A stretch of DNA of 64,000 nt. Origin: Tubulanus polymorphus (Eukaryota > Animalia > Nemertea). Below the pieces are notes generated by a model. The model was not told the DNA's origin. It ran no database searches and saw nothing but the letters and a program-made list of their open reading frames with translations. This document shows positions 22,188 to 35,840 of the stretch, piece by piece. Made by a program: the position numbers and the translations under genes. Positions within the stretch are counted from its first letter, which is position 1; every line of letters begins with the position of its first letter. Where the stretch lies: positions 16,437,653 to 16,501,652 of the forward strand of contig NC_134028.1 of assembly GCF_964204645.1 (NCBI RefSeq), written 5' to 3'.

Positions 22188-25024
22188 ATGTGGTTTCTGT
22201 TTAACTACTAAATATAGGCCTTTATATGAATCTTCGATTAGTGTACTCGATTATGCAAAACGTGTTATGAGCATGGATTATGTCATAATGCGTCATCTTT
22301 ATGAACATAGGTTATCATAATCGATGAGCATACTCGCTCGGCGAGCAAGTATGCCGATTACCTAATCCAACCAAGATGGCGTTCTCCGGAGAAATCGCGG
22401 CTGGCATTTTTATGTCCCAACGTACCCGGTTATGATAATTGACACTAATCGACTACATAATCCAAATAGCTAATCTATTTCTATTATGCTGACTCATAAA
22501 AAAGCTTTATATAGCACCCATCATCTCGGGAGTTTCTCTGACCACTAGAAAGGAGCATCATCTAAAATTACATTTGAAAATCATCTCAGTATGTGATGCG
22601 TTTTGGTATTATTTTCCTCAGCCGCATTTGTCGATCGCTAATGGATTCTTTATTCCAAAAAACGCTTATGGACTTGGTGCAAAATACCATTGTTAATTGA
22701 AGTCAAGCGATACAACTCGCTATGAAACCACCTATTACTGGCTCAATTTTTCGGCATGATTATAAACTTTGGTGGTATATATGTTTCGTTTTTTTTTCAT
22801 GATGAATTTTCTAATTAATCATGGGTCTATTTCATAGGCATGGGTTAGTTAACCCGAGATGTAATTACCCCTAAACGATACATATGAGTTTTCAAATTTT
22901 GAGGCTTTTTGTGTTGTTGTTTCACTTGTACAATATCTTAAAAGTTTTTCTTACTGAATCTCTTTTCAGTTTTTGTTCAAATTCTTTTTAACCCTGCGAT
23001 GCGTATTCATACTTATTTCTACGGAGCAATGTATGCGTGATTATCTGTTTGTCTCCATACATTGTTCTAATACTCCCCACCACGACTATGGGAAGCTTCT
23101 ACAGGGTAAATATCAACATTTACTCGTCTCACATACTTATGTTCTTTATTCGAGATTCCGTTAGTACAGACAGAATCCATTTTGACGGATCTTAAGCTAC
23201 AGATGCAGTTGTGTCAACTAGGGTAACTACCCGTGATGAACAACCTCTCGTGAATTATCAACAATCTAGTACATGTAGTAGTAAAACAATGACCACAACA
23301 TCATCTCTTCTATAAGTTGATTATAATGGCAGAAGAGTTGTCGTCACGAGAGGAAGTTGTTTTAATGACTTCATTTTTGAATGGTAAGTTTTACCTAATT
23401 GATTGTCAGGCTTCCATCACGAGATCCTTATTTTTCTACTGTTCTTTCTTTTACTGTTCTTTCGGCTACTTAGTTACGTTAATAGTGGGTCGGTCTTGAT
23501 GATACCTGCGTGTAGTGCAGTGCAAAATATGGCCCATCGCGCCACCTAGGGACAGACCAAGGCACTAAAAATGTGTTTGCTTTTCAGCGACATGACCTTG
23601 TAGGTGACCTCATAACTGAGATAACAGGGACGATATTCATGAAGATATCTTCGTGAATTCCATAATGCCTCGTGCATACGACCTCTACAAGCGACAGATT
23701 TGAATCTGAGCCTGAGAACCGTTGTCGCCTATTGATTGTTTTCAATGTAACTTTTTCGATGTTTGTTATGATTCATGTGTGATAGAGTGAAAATTATTTA
23801 CTGTAAGCTGGCGACCCTTTATGGGTGTTCGTGGAATCACGGTTGACTTCCTGGAGGTGTTGTCAGTCTTTAGAATTCTACAAACTTCATATTTTCAATT
23901 CAATTTCACTTTATTGATCACACTTTCAAATCTGAAATGTGATATATATATATACGTACAACACCCCCATAATCGAACGGACAGTATAATACATATTCGA
24001 GGGAGGAAAGAGCATCGTAACAGGACTCAAAAACCCCTTTTTCAGTAATTTGTTCCGGCTGAAAGTACACGTTTCATTCTCCATGTAGATAAATTACTAT
24101 TCGAGGAAATGTACTGACTCCCTAGATTAATAACGGAAAATTCCAGTTTAATTTGTAAATGATTCATTCCAATGTAGAAAGAATTGGCAAATACTGTTCA
24201 ATACCAGCTGAGCATTCAGTTTAGGAATTATACAGTATAGTATGCAAACGAGTGTCTTTTTCCTGGACATATCGTGATTTAAAAATAGTTCATGGTGTAA
24301 TCTAGGCCTACTTGTTAGGCATGGACATGTTGTACTTTGCAAGCATCAATCATGAAATATTTGTAATGCATCAATCATGTCCATGATTGAAATAAAGTTT
24401 GGATGAATTTGATTTAATTGATTGATTGGTACACGCCACTGATTTTACCGATTACAGTACTTTCAATTAACATCATCGACTATGAATATTTGATGAAACA
24501 CAATAATACTTGCTTTTGAGCTTGGATTCAAACACCAGACTTTTCGAACTAAGAAATTAACCATGCAAATTGATTAAAAACAGCAACGACTATCCTCGAA
24601 ATAATTGCAAATGGCGCCGTGCGTGCCTGCATGCTCATTCCAAGTCCTTTGCTAGCCGTCGTCAACGGTTCGAATCCCGTAAATACCTGCTAATTTTTCG
24701 AAGTCGTTTTTGAATATTTATATTTTTTAGAACTCAACAGCGAATGTAAAAACATATCATAACCTTATTTTATTTATTAAGCCGAATGAAAATACAAACT
24801 CAATAGTCCGTGGACATTGGTACTTGGTTTTTGCGCAGTAAAAAATCTAACCATAAATCTAATCATGTGTTGAAAATGTTGAAATAATGAGTACAGTTAT
24901 GGAAATATTCTTATTCCAACATGGATTCTATGACAAAAATGCAGATGTTCAGAATTTGGAACCAACATGGGAATGGTTCATATCCGAAATATTCACACTG
25001 TGTTGCAAATTGGAATAACTGATG

Positions 25025-25310
25025 TTAATCACATGTGTTATTCTAATGACATGTGTGATCCTAGCGGTTACACATGTGATCTGTGTTGTTGAGCCAATCA
25101 CATGTGTGAATCACACATGTATTTCTCAATCACACATGTATTTCAGAATCACACATGTGATCATGTGTTATTCACACATGTGATATGCTCCACAACACAG
25201 ATCACACATGTGATAGCTGGAATCACATGTGTTTTCTGTGTCTTTCACACCTTTCACACATGTAATGTGTGTTATTCACACATATAACATGTGTGAATTT
25301 TTTGTAAGGG
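25025..25310. repeat. Array of (T)CACACATGTG motifs ending in a transposon-like terminus TTTTTTGTAAGGG
   Basis: More than ten cacatgt/acatgtg units in both orientations, resembling subterminal repeats of a non-autonomous DNA element. Confidence 0.7.
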
Positions 25311-25779
25311 GACTGTGGAATCTTCCCAAATTGCGTAGTCTACAAGCATGCGTCGAATATCTTATGTTTAAGGTTTTAGTTAGGTCCACATATCGTGTTA
25401 GGTGAAGGATAGGGTAAGGTTTAGATTTAGGTATAATGAACATAAGACCTACTTTTTTGGAATAAAACTACAAAGTGCGTAGTTTTCTTAACTAGCATAA
25501 AACCTATAGCTAATATTTCATGTTTTAGGACTCAGTCATGTTTAGATAGTTGGTTTGATCAAAGATTAGGGTTAGGGTGAGGTTAAGGCATAATAGTAGT
25601 GAGCATTTTATCTTGATACAACGGACCACCGGTCAATGTCAAGTTAATTTAAAATGTTTAGTCTAATGCTTAGTTATATCACGGTGTCCACGATCTCTAC
25701 ACTGTAAATATCATAACATTAAAAATATCACTCATTCGCTAAAATCAAAGTCGACTTTACACAGTAAGTTACACCCTGA

Positions 25780-26070
25780 CGATTTCCACGCTAAAATCAA
25801 AGTACTAAGGCAGTGTATGGTACCACGTTGACGATGTCCACGCTGTCTACACTAAAATCAAAGTCTATACTAAAAGGCATAGTACGGGCTACGCTGACGA
25901 TGTCTACGCTGTCTACACTAAAATCAAAGTCCATACTATAAGGCATAGTAAGGGCTACGCTGACGATGTCCACGCTGTCTACACTAAAATCAAAGTCTAT
26001 ACTATAAGCCATAGTAAGGTACCACGCTGACGATGTCCACGCTGTCTGCACTAAAATCAAAGTCTACTAT
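25780..26070. repeat. 66-bp minisatellite, about 4 copies plus decayed flanks
   Basis: acgatgtc anchors at 25831, 25897, 25963, 26030. Confidence 0.92.
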
Positions 26071-27140
26071 AACACACAGTACATATACAAGGTACGACGC
26101 TATCACAGTCGATTTCACTAAGTCAAGGTCTACTGCAACTCAGCACAACGATTTGGTGGCGCTACTAATGAAAAAATATTTCAATTCAATTAAACTTTAT
26201 TTACATGTTACAAAATCAACATTCTCCATTTACATGATTTAAACTAATAAACATGCTCCTCTACGACACCTAAACTGCAGTCATACCAAAACGTTATCTT
26301 ATTTAGGTAAGTTTGTCTTACGTAGATATTGTATTATGCTGTATTTATAGGCCTTGTCATTGAAATTAGATGTGTTAAAAGGAATTGTTGAAATTCCTTT
26401 ATGAAATCAAATTTCCCGCCATTTTGTATGCTAATTAAGTAGGTTAGAAAGTGGTCGTATCTTCGGTCTTCTATCAGAATATCGTATGTAAATAGTAAAT
26501 GTTTGGAAATCGAGATATAAATTGGTAGAAAAAGCTGATTACTAAGTGTGATATGTAATATGTAAGTTACTCTATTGTTTTGTGGACAATTCAATGAAGA
26601 TGTTGTGAGATAACGTTCTCCTTGGATGGAGATTATAAGTATATAAATTAATAGTTGTTGAGAGGTGGTCAGTCTTTAGAATTCTGCCATATAGGCAGGA
26701 TATTCTGTATTTTTTTAATAAAGTTTCTTGTACGTATACAACAAAATTTGTATCTTATTTAGATTAACTAAAGTCATCAGTTCCTGGTGAGAAGAAACGG
26801 AAGGTCAGTCGCCAAGACAGTTGGTGGTTGTGTTCACCACGAAATATCATCGCCCAACGATCCGGAGGATCCCGCTCTGTGACACATGCTTTATATTTTC
26901 TTTTTAGTATCGCTGCAACTTATCGTTCCAGTAGAAGGTATTTGTCTCCATCTACTCGATGAAACAGATGTTGACGATGATTTATTTCAAAGTTTGGAAC
27001 CATTATCTCTTTATCTCGATTAATAGTCACGTATGATCATAATCATGGGCCAGTTTCTCAAAGCACAACTATTTTTAATGATGATTAGGGCTTATGTTTT
27101 CATGTCAGTTGAATCATTAACTGGTATTCATTATTCTTAT

Positions 27141-28033
27141 CCCAAGAGAACCCAAGACCAAATGTATGTGTCAAAGTCATAATGTATTGTAAAAATAGTA
27201 GAGTTGCCAAATTTCGTAATATCACAAAATAAGCACATTCAGCATCTTAACAGTCCTCATAAAACCAATTAGGCATTGTGAAGTTCAGTTATTACGTACT
27301 CATGGCGACGTAAACGTGTCTGTTGTGAAACAAAGTCCATCCTTGCACTCATGTCCCAATTTTGGTCAGTTTTATCTATTCAATACAAATCACAGCATTC
27401 ATGTTCTTGTAACTGTATTGGCTAGTAGGCATATTTATCAGATTGCACATCCTTTTTTTGTAACTGGACATCTCGATGAAGGTGGACATTGTCCGCTCAC
27501 ATTCTGTAAACATGTAAAAGAAAGAAAAATTAGGTTAATATAATACATCTCAATCCAGTAATGCATACACAGTAAATACATATACAGTAGGCCATAGTTT
27601 CTCCCTGTAAATAGTATTTTGAATGCTGATTGTTAAATTTTGCATCAGACATAAAGAATGATAGTGACCCACGCTGAATAACACAGCTGACTGGAACCAT
27701 CCTCATCGTTTACCACATTAAAAACGAGGCCTACGTGTGCTACCAGTACTACAGATAACATCTAACAACAATGTAGTGTCACCATTTACCTGGTCTATAA
27801 TCTGTGGCTGGATGACTACACACATATTCATGCACTCTTCATTTCCATCGGGCCGCCATTTTGAATTCATTGTAAAAACTTAAAGGTTATGAAATCTGCC
27901 ACCAGATGTCAACGTAGTATGCCCATATGTGTCCCTATGGGCTTTCTGAGTGACTTAAATTTTTTCGTTGTACTGAAAATTTTCAGGGGGTAAAAGTTGC
28001 TGGGACAAATATGACCCCATGGGTTCTCTTGGG
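27141..28033. mobile_element. piggyBac-like non-autonomous element
   Basis: 14-bp TIR CCCAAGAGAACCCA / TGGGTTCTCTTGGG with TTAT on both flanks. Cys-rich remnant (ECKDGLCFT) on the minus strand at about 27320-27350. Confidence 0.7.
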
Positions 28034-28351
28034 TTATACATGTAAGCTAAATTGAATATTGATGATGGAGTTGATGTTTTGTAAATTGTAAAAAATCAAA
28101 ATTTAGACTTATTATGTTGTATAGTAAAGTTTAATTACGCTTCAGGACCCAGTTCCACAGTTCTAAATTAAAATCTGACGACTAGATTTAACTCATTGAA
28201 AATGAACTTCAGTTAACCCTCGATAAACCGCCCTCCCATATCCCACCGCCCCCGCTCACTGCCAGGTTTTCTCAATTACATCTCAATACACATAGTAAAA
28301 CAACGATATACCGCCTTACTTTCTATAACGCCAAAAATGAGTATATTTAAT

Positions 28352-28685
28352 TGTGGGGGCAACATAGAGACGTGTTTATTTGTAGCATTATTACTATGAA
28401 TATATCTTAATAATCAATATCTATCTGACACTTGTCGTTGAGTGATCTTTAATGACTGTTTGGACAGGTGTCATCATAGCTCCTACACCTGTCGTGACAT
28501 GTCTTGGTGACCACACAACCAGGGGTATAAATATAAGGGGGTTTAGTTGAGTGGAACAGAGTTTCCGATAGAAAGTCGGAGTTGTGGTGAGGCTCGACAG
28601 TCAGATTTGGGGCTCCTTAAGCTCCGATAGATCTATGGGCTGACTATAGTCGTGAGCTTGTGCGTATATCAATAAATGCAGTCCT
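28352..28685 (+). mobile_element. Possible truncated LTR
   Basis: TG start, TATA-like tataaatataa (about 28526), aataaa (28671). No CA end or TSD confirmed. Confidence 0.35.
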
Positions 28686-28689
28686 TCGT

Positions 28690-29225
28690 TAATTACCTTG
28701 GTGATGAACTGATTTCCTATGGGCGTGATGTTATTTTGCGAGGTTTTAGAAAACTGTGGAGATACCCATAGGCGTAACTTGAAGAGGAAACTTTAAACCT
28801 CTTCAGTGCCATTGCGAAAAAACCGAAATCGCAGAATAGCGCGGACATGCAACGATGATTGAAAGACGGACAAATGCGAAACCCAGATATCGATATTCTT
28901 GTTGCCAGTTCACTCGACGAGATCGAGTCGGGCGTATCGACAAAGGAACTAAAAGACTTATTTCCTCACGCGATGTACGAAACTGATCATTTCCTTCAGT
29001 TGTGTACCCATTCAATTGGGTATGATTTCAGTAATTTTAAGCCGAACGTTTCGCAACGATTGCATCTTTTATGCTAGGACATGAAAGCAAAGGAACTTGT
29101 TGACAATGGAACATTAAATGGATCGGTGTGTCCTCTTCAAATTCTTGCAACATTTTTCAAGGAAGAATACAAAGATTTGTCTATGAAATCTACGAAGAAG
29201 GATTTGCCGACAACACTTCATTGCT
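28690..29225 (+). repeat. Local dispersed repeat; second copy at 30440-31535 interrupted by a solo LTR; fragment at about 32680-32755
   Basis: Colinear matches such as gatacccataggcgtaacttgaag and aaacccagatatcgatattct. Confidence 0.85.
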
Positions 29226-30146
29226 GAAATTGGTAAGTATAGCCTTTTAAGGATACTTATTATTATGGATACTTTTTATTTATGATCTTATTGCAGGTTC
29301 CTTTCTTAATTCAGAATGGCTACCACCCTGGATGCTTGGATACCAACAGTTCCTTCTAATTTTCAATGGAAATATTTTATATTTCTAAGTGATTTCTTCC
29401 AAATGACAAATGACAGCATTTTTATTTGAACACATTGTAGCAGGTACCACATTCTATAGAACTCACCATGCAACTAAATATATCATATTTTCTGATCCAT
29501 TGGATCTCATAAAAAAGCGGAATTCTCATGGGAGAAATTCCTTAGATTTCTTTAGACTTAATTCTGTGAATTGTTTTGGTTTCACTTGTGATTAGCTTAT
29601 CAAGATGATTCACTGATAATTTGTTCCTGTATATCAGATGATAGGGTCAAAGGCAGATAGTGTTCACAGTTGCGAAAAAAAACCTAAAGTGGTTCGACTT
29701 GCTAAAGATTTGGCCGATTTCCAATGGTCATGAGTTGAAATTGTGTTCAGCGTTTTATACAAGCATTTAACTGGAGCCTAATGCTCAAAAGTGTCTCTAA
29801 TTGTCATTTTTTAACTTGCCAAATAAATGGGAGATTTGTAACTTGTCAACAAATAATTCAGTTTTTGAAATGTCACAAGCTGAAATGTGACTGGTGTAAG
29901 TTTGTTTTACTGTTAATTCTTAAAACTTTTTAACAACTGCTGTTAATATATACATGAGAGTATTTTCCTTTGTGACTGCCATTTTTGCCCATTTATTTGT
30001 GAACTGAGAAAGGGTTGCCTTCAGAAACTTTGTGAAAGCTTTCGGTTCAGTTATCTGAAGTAATCTTTCTCTTAATCAAAGACTTTCACATTGGTCTGCG
30101 AGAATACTTTATGTGGCTCTTGTTACCGAGTACTTCAAGTTGACTA

Positions 30147-30287
30147 CAGTGGAACCTCGTATTACAAATATAGAATTGTATCCCAAGTAAGACAATGTGA
30201 TTAATTTCATTCTGAATATAACAAACTATCGGTTATAATGAACACATATTCTGGTCCCGTGAAGTTCACTGTAACTTGGTTCCATTG
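30147..30287. mobile_element. pogo/Tigger-like MITE
   Basis: TA|CAGTGGAACC ... GGTTCCATTG|TA. Confidence 0.7.
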
Positions 30288-30600
30288 TAGTGGATCACTG
30301 CAATGATTGCTTTTGTCATCACCATGGCAGTTATTAATAAAAACTCTTGACCAAAATTCCAGCTACTCGACTTGCCAACCTCTTTTAGGGCTGGTTTTTA
30401 CGAGTATTTTTAGTTACAATGTATCCGAAGTCGTTTGTTCATTACCTTGGTGATAAACTGTTTTCCAATGGTCGTAATGTATATTTGCGAGGTTTAGAAA
30501 ACTTTCGGGATACCCATAGGCGTAACTTGAAGGAAAAATTTGAAACCTCTTATGTCACTGCGAAAAAAACTGAGATCGCAGAATAGCGCGAACATGCAAC

Positions 30601-31181
30601 TGTAGAAGCATCAGTTATAGGGTTTTATATGTATGGGAAAAGATAGTGTGTGAGCACGATAGCGGACACTAGATGTGTGCTGGTGCGCACACTGAAGGCA
30701 AATGGCTCGAATTACAAGAAGGGAGTATGGTGGGAATATAGAACAGCATTTACTACCTATATCTAAAATGTAAGGACTTTTAAGGGATGGTTTGTGTAGT
30801 ACAGGAGGGAGTGTCGAGGTAGCAGGGATTGATCATAGCAAATAGGGTAAGGATAGAAGCGGGTGAGGTCAGGGTATAGGAATGTGAAAAATGTACAAAG
30901 TAGTATATAAGTCTTAGGTTTTTGAAGTTAAGATAAAGCAGAAAGATATGTAACACTAAGAAGAGAAAATAAAGAAGCAGTGTGGTCATCATATAAGAAA
31001 GACTTGTACGTGTTGGCCCTTTATATCTCCTTGAGAAAAGAGGAAGATCCAGCAGTACAGCATTAGTTAGAACAACAACAGAGGAGAGTCAGGGGACATA
31101 ACAGTGGTGGAGGTAGTAGTCCCATTACAAGTGATGGAAACGTAGTACCATTACATTGGAGGAAATCGTCGTACCATAACA
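30601..31181. mobile_element. Solo LTR, copy 1
   Basis: TGT...ACA termini with CAAC target duplication. The empty site is visible in the paralogous repeat at about 28850 (atgcaac|gatg). Confidence 0.9.
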
Positions 31182-32805
31182 CAACGATGCTGGTAAGAAG
31201 GACAAACGCGAAACCCAGATATCGATATTCTGGTTACCAGTTCACTCGACGAAATCAAATCGGCTATCGAGTCGGGCGTATCGACAAAGGAACTAGAAGA
31301 CTTATATCGTCACGCGATGTACGAAACTGATGATTTCCTTCAGTTGTGTACCGATTCAATTGGGTACGATATCAGTAATTTGTAACTGAACGTTTCTCAA
31401 CGATTGCATCTTTTGTGTAACTACATGAAAAAGAAACTCGTTGACAATGATACATTAAGTAGATCCGTGTGTCCTCTTCAAATTCTTACGACGTCTTTCA
31501 AGGAAGAATACAAAGATTTGTTTATGAAATCTGCGGGGAACGACGACGATTAAATCTTTCATGTGATAACAATAAAACTCACTTAATTTGGATTTTTTCA
31601 ATCCGGATTTTCACTTAATTTGGATGAAAATTTGGTCCATCTAACCTGGAGCAATGTAAACTAACTATTATTCATCATTTAGATTTTACTTGATTCGGGC
31701 AGCTCCAGTATCTAATCCGAATTAAGTGAGTTCAATTGTGTCTGAAAGCGAAAAAAACGTGTAGATAATGGAAATTAAGTAATTCCGTGCGTCCTTTTCA
31801 ATTTATTACCATGTTTTTCAAAGAAGAATACAAAGATAATTCAGGCGACAATTTCCTGCAAACATTTGTCACATAATTTTCTTGCTCTAGGCCAAAATTT
31901 TTCAGGGTGAAAACCAGCCTTTTTCTATGATCAATGATCAAACATGGTCTACAATACCTAGTTCATTCAAAAACATATTAGATAATGGCGGAAAACTGGA
32001 AGGCGAAATGAGGAGACGTTTTTTTGTGGACTTAATAGGAGCAGTTGATTTCGAAGTGTGGAAAAGGGAAAAAGCCTGGCAGTGATGAATTGCACGAGGT
32101 AGCCACGAATTTGGTTACAAATTGATAGAACATATATTTTTTTTCTTAGTGAATGATGTAATATTGTTTGATACTATGTCTAGCAAATTTTGCTAAAGAT
32201 TTTGATACAGGTGCACGGTAGTTCCTTAAGACTGGTCGGGACTACCAGGCAGCGGTAGTAAAGATATGATGTTAAGATCTACGATACCTATAGTTCGTTC
32301 AAAAAGATATTAGATAATGACGAAAAACTGGAAGGCGAAATGAGAAGTTTCGGTTTCTGTGGACCCTATGGGAGGAGTTGATTTCGAGATGTGGAACAAA
32401 GGGAAAAAGCCTGGTAGCGATGAATTTCATTTGGAAGGTAGCCACGAATTTTGTTACAAGGTCCCATTGTTTATAGGGTTCCTCCGGATCAGGGAATTTT
32501 CTCATGGATATCGAAATATAATCTATGAATACATGTATTGAAGATTTCTTAGTCTTGAGACAATTTTCTCAAAGTCTGAAAAAATTTTGCAGTAATCTGA
32601 ATTTCAGCTCGGGAAATTTTATTCGTAGATAAGAGAAATATCAGGGAATTTTGAAGGAACTCTGTGTGCATGAATACTTCGGTGATGAACTGATTTCCGA
32701 TATCATTTAGCCTGGTTTAGAATTGTGGGGATACACAAAAGTGTGACTTGAAAATAAAAGAGAAAAATATAGCTGCAAAGCAGCGATGACGGATTTTCTG
32801 GAAAG

Positions 32806-33341
32806 TATAATGGTACTACGATTTCCACCAATTGTAATGGGACTACCACTTCAACCACTGTTATGTCACCTAGTTCTTCTCACTAAATGCTGTGCCGTGG
32901 ATCTTCTATTGAACTGGTTCCTTTCGCTGACCTCTCTCCCTCTCCCTCTCCCTCTCCCTCTCCCTCTCCCTCTCCCTCTCCCCGTACTCTCTTTTGTACT
33001 CTCCTGAACCAAAAATATACTTATAGACTTATATACTATTTGGTACATTCTTTACATTCCTATACCATGATCTCAACCGCTTCTAACATCACCCTATTTG
33101 GTATTATCAATCCCTGCTACTTCCATTCTACTCCCTCCTTTACTACACTTATCATGCCTTAAAAGTCCTTACATATTAAATATAGTTGCTAAATGTTGCT
33201 CTTTCTTATCAACATACTCCCTCCTTGTAACCCGAGTCATTTGCATTCAGTGTGCGCACCAGCACACGTCTAGAATGCACTATCGTGATCACACACTATC
33301 ATTTCCCATAGACATAAAACCCCATAACTATTGCTTCAACA
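32806..33341. mobile_element. Solo LTR, copy 2 (inverted relative to copy 1), containing (CCCTCT)n
   Basis: Reverse-complement match to 30601-31181, AAAG duplicated on both flanks, microsatellite at about 32935-32982. Confidence 0.88.
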
Positions 33342-34599
33342 AAAGCCATTTAGGTTGATAGGAATTGTGGTAAATTGAAAAACCGATACATAAAATCTTT
33401 ATTACTGTATAAATCAATGATATGCTTCGTAAATATGATGTATAAAATAAATTTGAATTTGAATTAAATTTGAACATGAGAAATAAGCATGACTTGTGTT
33501 TTTTCCACTTGTCTACTCGTCTCTTGTTAACAGTTCCAGGGTTACAATCAAATCCAAATTGGCTAAAAAGTACATAGGACTAAATGAAATGAACTGTTAG
33601 TCGCTGCAAACTATTCCAGTGTTATGTCTATCTGTTGAATCACTTTGTTTGAGTTGAAAGAATCAGATCTTTTATGGTGTAACATCGGTCGAAGAGATAT
33701 ATCTTGGTGTTGACTGTCCTTGACCATTTAACTTCATGTGTTTGACATTGGAATCATCATCATACCCATTTGAACTGAAAAATATCATACAACATGAAAA
33801 CCTACACTACATGTATACAGTAATCAAACTTTCACCGATGTTGGATGTTTGAAAGAACGTTGGGCTTATTTCAGTATTCTAAAGCAGGAAATAATAAGCC
33901 CAATCGATAGGCCCTATTCCCATTGGTACAATTGTATAATGCGTACAGCTGTACCGTACACTTATCAGTCAAGATTGGAAAAATCGGTATATCAAACCTA
34001 CGTACAGCAGAATGTACAGGCCTACAATGCTGTCTGGTATACAAGCCGTCACCAAATGAACGTTTTGGATCTAGGTTTGACTATTAATGTCAGCAGGTCA
34101 AAGAAGGCCTGAGTAAAATTTAATTGCATTGCTCAAACGCTTTTCTGCGTGTGAATACCTCACTGTATTGTTTTAATAGGCATGGTAGGCTTATCGTACT
34201 CACTTAATACTCAAAACGCTGTTGTTACCAGTACGTGACTGTATGGTGAATTGCACAGGTTAGCCGTATGTGAGTGCGTTGATGCTCTGATTTGCAATAT
34301 TGGGATTCGAAAGCAAACGAAAAAAAAAATCCAGCTGTAGTCCAGTGATTTACCCATTGAGCCAACGAACGTAACTGCAGGGTGGATGAAAGTTGATTTA
34401 CAAATAGCCTTACCTAACCCAAACCCTATTCTTTCACGCAAGCGAGTATGTAGATTATATGAACTCACGTACAGTTGACTGCGGAGATCACCGTATAGTC
34501 ACGTAACAACTTCGTACTTAAAATGGTATTGGCTACTATAATAGGCCTATAGACAAATAAATACCGGTAGGCTTTCTTGTCTTCCACACTTCACAACCG

Positions 34600-35840
34600 G
34601 GCCCAAGTATAGTATACTATGAAAATAGTGCAGATATTAACGCGCATGAGTTTATAATATACCTGTAATTATAAAAAGAGGCGTAATATACAAAAATTGA
34701 ACAGGTTTGCAAGTCTACGAGAATACACTACGTAAAAGGGGGTGGACACGAGGTCTACAGGTTGACTGGTTAACTGGAATACACTGATGAGGGGTAGTGA
34801 ACAAAAGTTGAACAGGTTTACTGGTCTACGAGCATAGATTAGGTAAAAGGGGGTGGACACGAGGTCTACAGGTTGACTGGTCAACTTGCATGTGGCTGAT
34901 GAGAAATGGGATACACAAGTTGAACAGGTTTACAGGTCTACGATTCGCCAATAGGTACACAAGGTAAACAGGTAAACTAGCATACATTGACGCCGCCAAT
35001 TCTTGGCAGGTACACGGGTGATCAGACAGATGCAGTAAACAACACAAAAGATCCAATACTGGTTAGTTTTTTCGGTGACAAAAAAGCCCAAAAAGCAAAC
35101 AAAATATAGGTGCTTGACCCAGTCTTGATACAGGTCAACATTACATTACATTACGTGTATTAAACCCGGGAACTGGAAAACAAAGAAATTGGGTGTTTGG
35201 CTTGTGTCAGCGAGGTACTCGTAATTTGGATTGCGCATAGTAATCATCGCGTTCTGCAAATACGCTACTGCCCGTTATTCATCGAAAACTGGGGCTACTG
35301 TGTTCTCAGATATGTGGGCTTCGTATAATAGCCTCACGAAATTAAGATACAAGTATGGTACAGTGAATCACTCGTAGGAATTCAAAAGTGCGAAGGGCGT
35401 ATATACCAATAGAAGGTATTTGGGGCCATGTTAAGGGGGATATCAAAAAGCGCCATGGTTGTTTGTCCAGTGAGCTGCCTTTATACTTAGAAGAGTACTA
35501 TATGTACCGTTATCGTTTTGGTAGCAAAAATGGTGATGTATATATTACAAGCTGCTTGATGATATCTCAAGCCAGTACCCTGTGTAATAAACATTATTTT
35601 GAATAAACGAAACATTCTGATACACCAATAATCGTCCCCTTCTTTCAATTTCTTTTTAACTTTTCAATTCTTTTTTGGTGGTGGATTTTTTAAGCAGGTT
35701 GACAGGTCTACATTTCATTACCGGTTATTGGCTAAATTTGACGTTCAGACCTGTTGATCTGAGATCGAATAATACAGGACCGAATATCTACTTTTTCAAC
35801 TTACGCATTGCACTATTTCGTCGTATATTACACTTGGGCC
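34600..35840 (+). mobile_element. Merlin (IS1016/ISXO2-like) DNA transposon, internally deleted
   Basis: TIRs of about 32 bp GGCCCAAGT.TA.TATAC...AAATAGTGCA, 8-bp TSD cacaaccg/cacaacca, subterminal tandem repeats. Transposase remnant TVFSDMWASY...TVNHS...IEGIWGHVK...YLEEY at about 35190-35580. Confidence 0.88.

Noticed and set aside
24640-24700. tRNA gene (GGTTCGAATCCC B-box); similar motifs near 49900 and 51655 on minus
   Set aside because: No cloverleaf could be built. At most these are decayed tRNA-derived SINE heads.
25370-25590. Interstitial telomere (ttagggttaggg)
   Set aside because: Only two or three degenerate units, a motif common inside non-autonomous repeats.
25797-26060. Repetitive 87-aa ORF (SIDFDFSVDSVDIVSVA)
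   Set aside because: It is a by-product of the 66-bp minisatellite, with no splice or homology support.
32786-33162. ORFs with RGRGRG / PSPSPS / LPLPLP tracts
   Set aside because: They are translations of a (CCCTCT)n microsatellite inside a solo LTR.
33640-33775. Exon-like minus-strand segment after a tttcag acceptor
   Set aside because: No recognisable homology, and it does not fit the RGS exon chain, which is already contiguous across this intron.
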